A stretch of 61,756 bases of DNA, filler included. It is 4 parts of 4 records of this genome, joined end to end, with 100 filler letters (N's around TTAATTAATTAA, not from the genome) between each part and the next. Parts side by side here need not be neighbours in the genome. Positions count along the whole stretch, not along the records: positions 16,921 to 32,393 come from SRR31156797_220; positions 32,494 to 52,206 come from SRR31156797_224; 2 more parts are not named here. One strand, written 5' to 3'. Shown here piece after piece: positions 24,994 through 33,249 of the stretch. How positions within the stretch are numbered: the stretch's first letter is position 1; the number at the start of each line of letters is the position of its first letter. The translations under genes and the position numbers were made by a program. The notes beneath the pieces were generated by a model. That model saw nothing but the letters and a program-made list of their open reading frames with translations. It made no database searches and was not told the DNA's origin.

Positions 24994-26811
24994 GTGAAGA
25001 CCGAGTACATCACCATCAGGGAGATATCCTACAAACCCAATCGAAACGACAGGTCCAAGATAGGGCTCAAACCGATCAACCTGGAACTGAAGTCCGGGGA
25101 TATACACACCATACTGGGAGAAAAGGAGTCGGGAAAAAGCATTATCAGCAGCATCCTCCGGGGAACCCGCAAGCCCACGTCGGGCTCCATAACCATGAAT
25201 GGCAGAAAGATCCGGAGGATGTCCATTAAGGAAAGCCGCAACCAGGGGATCGAGGTCATTACCGAAAAGGATACCCTGATTGACGATGTGGCAGTGGGGG
25301 AACTGTTCTACATCAACAGCCATATCATCAAACAGCAACTTGTCTTTCACAGGGACGGTTTCAACAGAGGGGTTAATGATTTCCTGTCCTCCTACGATGT
25401 GAAATTCACGGCGGAGACCGAAGTCTACACACTGAACGAATCGGAGAAGTTTTTTCTGCAAGTCCTTATGGCCGTATACTGCGACCCTGGGCTCCTGATC
25501 CTGGACGAGGTCCTGGTCAAACTGACGGCCACGGACCAGAAGAAGGCCTCAAGGATACTGGCTGAACTGGCCGGCGAAGGAGGGATCGTCCTCCTTCTGA
25601 TCAACAGCATCGATAACATCCCTGGTATCACCACGGATCTCTCTGTTCTGAGGAACGGCGAGATTATCCTGACTGACAGGTACGGAAAACTGGACAAGTA
25701 CAATCTGGTTAAGATCCTCTATAGGCATGTGATCGACAGCGACAGCGTGGAGACGACCAACCGCGAGTTCTATCAGATGATCAAATACAACCAGGCGATC
25801 CTGAAGGACCTTCCGGTCGTCCTTATCGGACTGGACAGAGACTATACCATTAAGTTTCTCAATCATCATGGGGAGAACTATTTTCAGACCAGCTCCGCCG
25901 CAGTGATCAACAAGCCTCTCAAGGCGGTACTGACCCTACCGGAACAGAGCGAGGAAATCCTGAAGGGTATAACCGAAGGCGCCAAATCCATCAGCACACG
26001 GATAAGCTGCAACTCCATACAGCGGATAGCCCATCTCACCTCCTTTCCCATCACCGAAGAGGAAAACCGACTCGGTTCCATCCTGATCCTGAACGATACC
26101 ACCGAGGAAGAGATGCTCAGGGAGCAGATCATGCAGAATGAGAAACTCGCGTCCATCGGCATGCTCGCTGCGGGGGTGGCCCACGAGATAAACCATCCCC
26201 TGGGCATCATCAAGAACATCACCGAGATTCTCAAGTACAGCTGCGGAGACAAAACCCTTCTGGACGATGTCCACACCATCGAAAACGAGATCAAAGTCAT
26301 CTCTCAGATCATCAGCAATCTGATGGGATTCTCGGCCGATGAGAATGCGCCCTTTGAGGTTTTCGATATCGCCGATACGCTTATGAGGGTCACCAGGCTA
26401 CTGGCCCTCTATTCCAGAAAGAACGGTGTGGCCATCGAATTCGAATCGGGCGACCGGATCTTCGAGATTTATGCCAACAAGACCGATATCCGGCAGGTCT
26501 TCCTCAACCTGATACGGAACGGAATAGAGGCCATGCCCGACGGCGGCGCCATAGCCATAACCCTGGGATTCAGCGATGAAAAGGAAGATACGGTCCGCAT
26601 CACCCTGCGGGACACGGGGAAGGGGATCGATCTGGAAAACGTGGAGGACATCTTCCTTCCCTTCTACTCCTCCAAGTCCGACAAAAGCGGCGGCATGGGG
26701 CTGGGGCTGTACATCAGCTACAATAAGGTCCGGAAGTACAACGGTCGGATTTCCGTAGAAAGCCGGGTGGAAGAAGGCACGACCTTTACCATCGATTTTC
26801 CGCTGGCGTGA
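24994..26811 (+). CDS. hybrid histidine kinase: degenerate sugar-ABC ATPase domain + PAS-like + HisKA/HATPase
   Basis: N-terminal GEKESGKS and LLILDE collinear with the first NBD of 19711..21198; C-terminal GVAHEINHPL, QVFLNLIRNG, DTGKGI, IFLPF, GMGLGL; no TM helix. Confidence 0.9.
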   Translation: MKTEYITIREISYKPNRNDRSKIGLKPINLELKSGDIHTILGEKESGKSIISSILRGTRKPTSGSITMNGRKIRRMSIKESRNQGIEVITEKDTLIDDVAVGELFYINSHIIKQQLVFHRDGFNRGVNDFLSSYDVKFTAETEVYTLNESEKFFLQVLMAVYCDPGLLILDEVLVKLTATDQKKASRILAELAGEGGIVLLLINSIDNIPGITTDLSVLRNGEIILTDRYGKLDKYNLVKILYRHVIDSDSVETTNREFYQMIKYNQAILKDLPVVLIGLDRDYTIKFLNHHGENYFQTSSAAVINKPLKAVLTLPEQSEEILKGITEGAKSISTRISCNSIQRIAHLTSFPITEEENRLGSILILNDTTEEEMLREQIMQNEKLASIGMLAAGVAHEINHPLGIIKNITEILKYSCGDKTLLDDVHTIENEIKVISQIISNLMGFSADENAPFEVFDIADTLMRVTRLLALYSRKNGVAIEFESGDRIFEIYANKTDIRQVFLNLIRNGIEAMPDGGAIAITLGFSDEKEDTVRITLRDTGKGIDLENVEDIFLPFYSSKSDKSGGMGLGLYISYNKVRKYNGRISVESRVEEGTTFTIDFPLA

Positions 26812-26814
26812 TTC

Positions 26815-27831
26815 CTAAAGCGAGATACAGGATCCCCTGTCCACAAACTGTTCCAGGGTTTTAACGACCTGCAGACTCTGATCCGGATTCTCCATAAAGC
26901 TCAGCAGCATATTCACCGACTGTTCGCTCATGGCGCGCCTGTCGATCTGCATGGTAGAAATTGACGGAATAAAAGGTTCGCCGTAAGGCAGCGTGTCGCC
27001 GGGCGCAATAACTGAAATGTCTTCCGGGACTTTGCGTCCCAGTTCCGCCAGAGCCTTGATAACCCTGACGGCAAAATAATCATCGTGAATAAAACAGGCT
27101 GTAATTCCATTGTCCTTGCCCAGGGCATTTTTCAGGCCCTTTCTGAGAGAAAGCCGGTCATCCAGATCCACCTGGATCCTCCGCTCTGCCTCAAAAGGGA
27201 ATTCCGCCTCTTCCAGAGCCTTTCTGAATCCGAAAAAACGATCCAGTACCGTGGCAGGCTGGTGAACGCGATTGTATTCGAGGTATAGAATCTCTCTGTG
27301 TCCCATCTCCAGGATCTGCTTCGTTCCATGATAAGCCCCCTGAAAGTCATCCGCGCAGACTGTGGGAAACTCAGACTGGTAATTACTGTTGTTCAGAAGA
27401 ACAAAAGGCATATTCTGGCTCTTCAGCTTTGAGAAAAACTCATGGTCATTCAAATGCAGTATCAGAAGGCCTTCCAGCTCTGCATCCATGACCTGATCGA
27501 AAAGCTCCTGGCTATCGGTTGATTCATTACAATGGAAATAGAGAGTACAGTACCCTGCATCCATCATAAGCTCTTTGGCGGCAAGGATAAAATCCCTCAT
27601 AAACCACCACTGAAAAGGAAAGTCAGCGTAGGCTACAAGACCGATAAATTTCTTGCTCCCTTCGCTGCTTCGAGAAGCGCTCCGACGCCTCCTGTAGCCG
27701 AGTTTGTTAATAGCGTCGATAACGGCGCTTTTCGTTTCCTCGGTTATCTTTCCCTTACCAGAAAGCACATTGGATACCGTTGCTGCCGATACGCCTGCTT
27801 CCTTTGCTACATCTGTAATGGTTGCCTTCAT
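26815..27831 (-). CDS. LacI family transcriptional regulator
   Basis: TITDVAKEAGVSAATVSNVL HTH; sugar-binding domain, VPEDISVI. Confidence 0.94.
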   Translation of the reverse strand: MKATITDVAKEAGVSAATVSNVLSGKGKITEETKSAVIDAINKLGYRRRRSASRSSEGSKKFIGLVAYADFPFQWWFMRDFILAAKELMMDAGYCTLYFHCNESTDSQELFDQVMDAELEGLLILHLNDHEFFSKLKSQNMPFVLLNNSNYQSEFPTVCADDFQGAYHGTKQILEMGHREILYLEYNRVHQPATVLDRFFGFRKALEEAEFPFEAERRIQVDLDDRLSLRKGLKNALGKDNGITACFIHDDYFAVRVIKALAELGRKVPEDISVIAPGDTLPYGEPFIPSISTMQIDRRAMSEQSVNMLLSFMENPDQSLQVVKTLEQFVDRGSCISL

Positions 27832-28001
27832 TTTATTACCACTGCATCAATCCTTATTTCTTCATCCTCACCATCATATTACGGGAATCACAGCCCGTCA
27901 ATGTTGTTATTTTAGTAAAATTACACACTTATTTTAATTAATTATTTGACATATTTAAAATTCCGTTTGTAAAATATAGCTAAAAATTGGAGGTTATTAT
28001 T

Positions 28002-29303
28002 ATGGGTAAACTAATGAAGATCTCTCTGATATTCCTGATTCTGATGGGATTAACAATGGATCTGACCGCCGGGGGACAGCAGGAGGATGCATCCACCGGC
28101 GACAACCCGTCTCTGGAAAAGGAATTCAGCTTCTACCATGACAATCCTGAATGGCAGAGCAACTGGCAGAAGATGGGCGCCGCGTCCAGAGAGGATGTGG
28201 ACCTTGAAATGGTGCCGACCGAATATGAAACAACCGTCTATGTGAACAGGATTAAGGTCGACCTGACTACAAAGCGGGCAGCTCCTCTGTTCAAATGGTG
28301 GTTCGGATACAGAGCCAAAGAGCTTGTTGACGCAGGGCTTCTCAAGGATATGGGCCCCCTCTGGGACAAAGTCGAGTCCAACTACCCCGAAGGAGTGAGG
28401 GACGCCATGAGCATTGACGGCTTCACCTACGGTATCCCCCTGCACGTCAACTACTGGGTATGGTACTACAGCAAGTCAGCCCTGGAGACCGTCGGCAAAG
28501 ACGAGCCCGAGACCTGGGATGAGTTTATGGAAATACTCGAACTCTGTAAGGCAAAAGGCATCAGCGGTATCGGAAACACCATCGGGAAGTCCCGCTGGAC
28601 TAGCTTCATAGTATTCCAGGAACTGCTTCTACACAGCGACGCACAGCTTTACAAGGATCTGATGAACGGCAAGGCCCACTACACAGATCCAGGAGTGGTC
28701 AGAGTCATGGAGCTCTGGAAAGAACTCCTGGACAAGGGCTACTTCGCTCCCATGGACGCTACCTATCCTGAAGACATCCCCGCTATGCTGAAGGAGGGCA
28801 GCCTAGCCTTTGCTCCCTTTGGAGACTGGTACGGCGGTCTTCTTGCAGGCCAGGGCCTTGTTCCCGATGAAGACTACGGGGCCTTCATCCTGCCCGCTAT
28901 CACCGAAAAGGGAAAAGGCGCGGTCGCTCTTGAGATCTCCCCTCTCTGTATAGGAAAGAATGCCGACAACACAGAGGAGGCCGAAGCCTGGCTCGAGTGG
29001 TACTCCACATCCGATGTCGCCGCTTCCGCCATGTGGGACACATTCAAGTTCGCTCCCTCTAAGAACATCTCAGCCGACAGGATCCTCACAGAGGATCCCG
29101 TGAAGGCGAAGGTCCAGTCCCTGGCCGCTGAGCATCCCGATAAGATAGTCCGCTTCTGGGAAGCCACACCCGTCGGCATCGTGGAAAGAGCCGTCGACGA
29201 GTTCAACGTCATGCTCAGCAGTCCCGAACAGTATATGGATATCCTCAACAAGGTCGAAGACACAGCGAAAACGGTCTGGTCCGAAATGGGATTAGATTAC
29301 TAA
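28002..29303 (+). CDS. carbohydrate ABC substrate-binding protein (CUT1)
   Basis: Signal peptide ending TAGGQQE (spirochaete-type), DGFTYGIP, PETWDEF; GGAGG RBS. Confidence 0.9.
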   Translation: MGKLMKISLIFLILMGLTMDLTAGGQQEDASTGDNPSLEKEFSFYHDNPEWQSNWQKMGAASREDVDLEMVPTEYETTVYVNRIKVDLTTKRAAPLFKWWFGYRAKELVDAGLLKDMGPLWDKVESNYPEGVRDAMSIDGFTYGIPLHVNYWVWYYSKSALETVGKDEPETWDEFMEILELCKAKGISGIGNTIGKSRWTSFIVFQELLLHSDAQLYKDLMNGKAHYTDPGVVRVMELWKELLDKGYFAPMDATYPEDIPAMLKEGSLAFAPFGDWYGGLLAGQGLVPDEDYGAFILPAITEKGKGAVALEISPLCIGKNADNTEEAEAWLEWYSTSDVAASAMWDTFKFAPSKNISADRILTEDPVKAKVQSLAAEHPDKIVRFWEATPVGIVERAVDEFNVMLSSPEQYMDILNKVEDTAKTVWSEMGLDY

Positions 29304-29316
29304 TACAAACCACACC

Positions 29317-29345
29317 TCTCCCGTATCCGGTCCGGATACGGGAGA
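29317..29345 (+). promoter_or_regulatory. intercistronic stem-loop after the binding-protein gene
   Basis: 14-bp perfect stem TCTCCCGTATCCGG/CCGGATACGGGAGA without a U-tract. Confidence 0.6.
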
Positions 29346-29358
29346 TCTGAGGAACAAA

Positions 29359-30201
29359 ATGCGAAAATATAATTACCTGGCCTTTCTGTTGCCGGCCGCG
29401 ATTCTGGTGACCTTCGCCGAGTTAGGTCCCGCTGTTTACACGACCTGGCTCGGATTTCATAAGTGGGACATCCTCTCCCCCCCCGTTTTTGTCGGGCTGA
29501 GAAACTACGTTCAGGTCTTCTCGAATCCCGATCTGTTCAACAGCTTGAAAAACACGCTCCAGTGGCTGATCGGGACGATGCTCTTCCCAGTGTGCCTGGC
29601 TCTGATTCTCGCCCAACTGCTCTACTCTTTAAAAGGGAAAGAGGTATTCAAAGCAGTATTCTACATCCCCGCCACCCTCTCTCCCTCCATCGCGGGCATC
29701 ATCTGGTTGAGGATTTTCAGCTCCCGCCAGGGCAGTGTCAACGCCATAATCGAAACCCTCGGGCGGGAAGCCGTTCCGTTCATAACCGATCCTTCGATCA
29801 ATACATTTCTTATGATTGCCGTCTGGACATGGCAGTACCTGGGTTTCAATCTGCTCCTTTTTCTGGTCGGTATGGACTCCATAGCCAAAGATCCTCAGGA
29901 AGCGGCGCTCATCGACGGGGCCGATGCCTTTCAGGTCTTCTGGCATATTCGCCTCCCCCTGCTGAAGCCAATCACCCTTCTGGTCGTCTCCAACAGCATT
30001 ATCAATGCGCTGAGGATGTTTGACATTCCCTGGCTGATGATTCAGGGAGGCCCGGGAAGAGCATCCGAAACCCTGGCCATATCTCTCTACAAGGAGTCCT
30101 TCCTCCTCTTCCACATGGGACAGGGATCCGCCATTGCCGTGGTGATATCCATTTTCGCCCTGATCCTGACAGGCCGCTACTTCGGCAGTGAGAAAGGATA
30201 A
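29359..30201 (+). CDS. carbohydrate ABC permease
   Basis: FVGLRNY, EAALIDGA EAA loop, GGPG. Confidence 0.93.
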   Translation: MRKYNYLAFLLPAAILVTFAELGPAVYTTWLGFHKWDILSPPVFVGLRNYVQVFSNPDLFNSLKNTLQWLIGTMLFPVCLALILAQLLYSLKGKEVFKAVFYIPATLSPSIAGIIWLRIFSSRQGSVNAIIETLGREAVPFITDPSINTFLMIAVWTWQYLGFNLLLFLVGMDSIAKDPQEAALIDGADAFQVFWHIRLPLLKPITLLVVSNSIINALRMFDIPWLMIQGGPGRASETLAISLYKESFLLFHMGQGSAIAVVISIFALILTGRYFGSEKG

Positions 30202-30204
30202 GCC

Positions 30205-31035
30205 ATGAAAGCAATACGTTTATTCACATTCATTATGATCCTGATACTGGCAGCGATCTGGATTTTCCCCTTTGCCTCGGCAATGATCACCATGGTTAAG
30301 AGTCCCGATCAGTTCAACGGAACGTTCTTCTGGCAGCGCCCCGGACTCCTGGAAGGACTGGCCAATCTGAAAGCGAATATAGCCGAGGCCCAGACTCAGA
30401 CCGACATAGGAAGCAATATAGGAAACAGCTCCTTCTACGCTATCGCCGCCGGTCTCATCTCAAGCTTCATCGGAGCCATGGCGGCGTATGCCCTGGTTGT
30501 CCTGAAAGCTCCCCGGGGCAATCTATGGTTCATGTACATTTTCATCGGGAATCTCTTCCCTTTCCAGATGTTCCTGATCCCCCTCTACCTGATGACAAAC
30601 CGCCTGGGGCTGTACGACACTCTTCACGGGATGCTGCTGATCTATACGGGCATCTGCGTCCCCTTTGCCGTTTTCGTCTACAGAAACTACTCAAAATCCA
30701 TGAACCTGTCCACCTTTGAGGCTTCCCGGATAGACGGAGCCGGAGACTGGGCCGCATTTTTCAGAATATTTCTTCCCATGTCCAAGCCTGCCTACCTGGT
30801 CATCTTCATCTTCCAGTTCACCTGGACATGGAACGACCTGCTCTTCGGACTGATACTTTCTGAACGGAACAGGCCCATCATGACGGCCATAAGCAAGCTG
30901 GTAGGGCAAAGGGGCTCTGTCCCCGTGCCCATCACCATGACGGGAGCGATCATGGCGTCCGTACCGACGGTCATCCTCCTCCTGGCCCTCCAGAAGCAGT
31001 TCCTTCAGGGCTTCTCTATTATTACGGAAAAATAA
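30205..31035 (+). CDS. carbohydrate ABC permease
   Basis: EASRIDGA EAA loop, WND. Confidence 0.93.
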   Translation: MKAIRLFTFIMILILAAIWIFPFASAMITMVKSPDQFNGTFFWQRPGLLEGLANLKANIAEAQTQTDIGSNIGNSSFYAIAAGLISSFIGAMAAYALVVLKAPRGNLWFMYIFIGNLFPFQMFLIPLYLMTNRLGLYDTLHGMLLIYTGICVPFAVFVYRNYSKSMNLSTFEASRIDGAGDWAAFFRIFLPMSKPAYLVIFIFQFTWTWNDLLFGLILSERNRPIMTAISKLVGQRGSVPVPITMTGAIMASVPTVILLLALQKQFLQGFSIITEK

Positions 31036-31049
31036 GGAAAGGATTTAAT

Positions 31050-32288
31050 ATGAACAGCAGAGAAAGAGTATTAACAGCATTAAATCACAAAGAACCGGAT
31101 ATGTTCCCCATCGATTTCGGAGGGCATCGCTCCAGCGGAATCATGGCCATAGCGTATGCCAGACTGAGGAAACATCTTGGCCTGCCGGAAACACCGATCA
31201 AGGTCTATGACCTTATCCAGCAGCTTGCCCTGATAGACGAAGACGTCCTCGACCTCTTTCATATAGACGTAAGAGACCTTGGACGCGCCTTCTGCGAAGA
31301 AGACTCAGCGTGGCAGGAATGGGTTCTCCCCGACGGCACGCCCTGCCTGATCCCCGCCTACGCCGATGTCAGGAAAAAGGACAATAACTGGTATCTCCAC
31401 AATGGAAATGGAGACCCCTCGGGGATCCAAAAGGAGGGAATGCTCTACTTCGAACAGATACTCTGGCCCTGGAGGGGAGAGATACCGGAGGACGTATCCG
31501 CTCTAAAGGAGGCAACGGCCAGGCATATGTGGGCCTGCCCCACTCCTCCTTCGCTTGCTGAACTGACTCCGGAAAAATGGTCGAGCAGGGTCAGGGAATA
31601 TTACAATGCCACGGATAAGGCGGTGACCTTCATTTTCGGAGGGAGCTTCTACGAGCTATCCTGTTATGTCTACGGAATAGAGAATTTCATGATGTCTCTG
31701 GCCCTCAATCCCGAGGGTGTTCACAGGCACCTGGACGGCCTCCTCTCCATCCACATGCAGGCCTTGGAAACCTGGTTCAAACCGATAGCAGAACACTGCG
31801 ACATCATCCTGGTGGGAGATGACCTGGGGATGCAGACGGGCCCGCAGTTCTCTGGGGACATGTATCAGGAGTTCTTCAAGCCGAGACAGAAAGCCCTCTG
31901 GAAAAGGATCAAGGAGATACGTCCTGACATGAAGATCAATCTCCATTCCTGCGGCGATATAAAGATTTTCCTCCCTGACCTGATAGAGAACGGTCTGGAT
32001 ACGGTCAATCCCGTCCAAGTGGGGGCAGGTTCCATGATATCCGAAAACCTGAAAAAAGAGTTCGCCCCCCGTCTTACCTTATGGGGCGGCGGCTGCGACA
32101 CCCAGTATGTTCTGTCAAACGGAACGCCCGACGAAGTACGAAGGCACGTTCGCAATCAGATCGGGCTGCTCTCTCCGGACGGCAGTTTTGTCTTCCAGCA
32201 GGTTCACAACATTATGGCCGATGTCCCTCCTGAGAACATCTTCGCCATGTTTGAAGAGGCAAACAGGATGAGAGGCGTCAGGATCTGA
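31050..32288 (+). CDS. uroporphyrinogen decarboxylase / MtaA-CmuA methyltransferase family protein
   Basis: MNSRERV..ALNHKEPD start, GDDLGMQ, HSCG, LWGGGCDTQ, HNI...VPPENI. Confidence 0.88.
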   Translation: MNSRERVLTALNHKEPDMFPIDFGGHRSSGIMAIAYARLRKHLGLPETPIKVYDLIQQLALIDEDVLDLFHIDVRDLGRAFCEEDSAWQEWVLPDGTPCLIPAYADVRKKDNNWYLHNGNGDPSGIQKEGMLYFEQILWPWRGEIPEDVSALKEATARHMWACPTPPSLAELTPEKWSSRVREYYNATDKAVTFIFGGSFYELSCYVYGIENFMMSLALNPEGVHRHLDGLLSIHMQALETWFKPIAEHCDIILVGDDLGMQTGPQFSGDMYQEFFKPRQKALWKRIKEIRPDMKINLHSCGDIKIFLPDLIENGLDTVNPVQVGAGSMISENLKKEFAPRLTLWGGGCDTQYVLSNGTPDEVRRHVRNQIGLLSPDGSFVFQQVHNIMADVPPENIFAMFEEANRMRGVRI

Positions 32289-32294
32289 GAGAAA

Positions 32295-32326
32295 AAAACC
32301 GCTGACGGGCAGTTGTCAGCGGTTTT
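32295..32326 (+). terminator. intrinsic terminator
   Basis: AAAACCGCTGAC/GTCAGCGGTTTT inverted repeat just after the stop. Confidence 0.8.
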
Positions 32327-32393
32327 CGATACCACAGGCACTTTCAGACTGTTCTCGTTCAATCAACAACCGTAGGTTGTGACCAGGGCCCAA

Positions 32394-32493
32394 NNNNNNN
32401 NNNNNNNNNNNNNNNNNNNNNNNNNNNNNNNNNNNNNTTAATTAATTAANNNNNNNNNNNNNNNNNNNNNNNNNNNNNNNNNNNNNNNNNNNN
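32394..32493. other. artificial contig spacer
   Basis: N44-TTAATTAATTAA-N44. Confidence 0.98.
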
Positions 32494-32574
32494 GGCTGCC
32501 CCTTTTGAGACAGCCTCTTTTTTATGTCGTTTTGTTTGTGATCTTACAAGCGCAAAATTATTAATGTAACAGTA

Positions 32575-33231
32575 TTACTCTCTCATATCAATTAATTCAG
32601 CATCCGGATGTTCTTTTTTATCAAATGAAAACATTGAATTTTTCAACTTTACATCTACTTTAAAGCTATCGATAGTTACATTAACACGCGTGCCGTCTTT
32701 CACGAAATATATAAAACCAATAATTTGCGTCTTGGTTTTATTTACGTAAAGTTTAATTTTGAAATATTCTTGTTTTTTATCAACAGGAACCAATTCAATT
32801 TCATGTGTCTTCTGTCCATTAAATGACTTTTCACCTAAATATACATATTTGAAACCCTTCTCATAAATGGTAAACACTTTTTGAGGATTATCAAAAATAT
32901 TATCTGTTTCTTCTGCTTCATTTACAGCAAATAAATTAACCTCCTGCACATCCGGCATATAGACCCACTTGTTTTTGCCATTAAAAAAAGTAGTGGCATC
33001 CATAAACTCCAACACATACTTGTCACCTTTTTGCCATAGTTTACCCTTATAGGTTTCATCCATATTTGCCTCTTTGTTTACCGCTTTTGAGGTAAATTCT
33101 GCAACAATCGTTTTATGGGCTTTTGTGGTTTTAGATAATTGGTCGAGTATTGCTTTTGCTTTGGGATCCTGCTGCGCAAATACTCCTGTAGCTAATATTA
33201 ATAGTGAGATGATACTTACAATAATTTTCAT
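32575..33231 (-). CDS. lolA: outer-membrane lipoprotein carrier LolA-like protein
   Basis: Signal peptide; KG.LW.KGDKY, FNGK..WVY...QEV; located directly downstream of ftsK. Confidence 0.85.
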   Translation of the reverse strand: MKIIVSIISLLILATGVFAQQDPKAKAILDQLSKTTKAHKTIVAEFTSKAVNKEANMDETYKGKLWQKGDKYVLEFMDATTFFNGKNKWVYMPDVQEVNLFAVNEAEETDNIFDNPQKVFTIYEKGFKYVYLGEKSFNGQKTHEIELVPVDKKQEYFKIKLYVNKTKTQIIGFIYFVKDGTRVNVTIDSFKVDVKLKNSMFSFDKKEHPDAELIDMRE

Positions 33232-33249
33232 ACTGATATCTTTTAATTT

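Noticed and set aside
27934-27944. TTAATTAATTA resembling the contig linker
   Set aside because: No flanking Ns and only 11 of 12 nt; it lies in an AT-rich divergent promoter.
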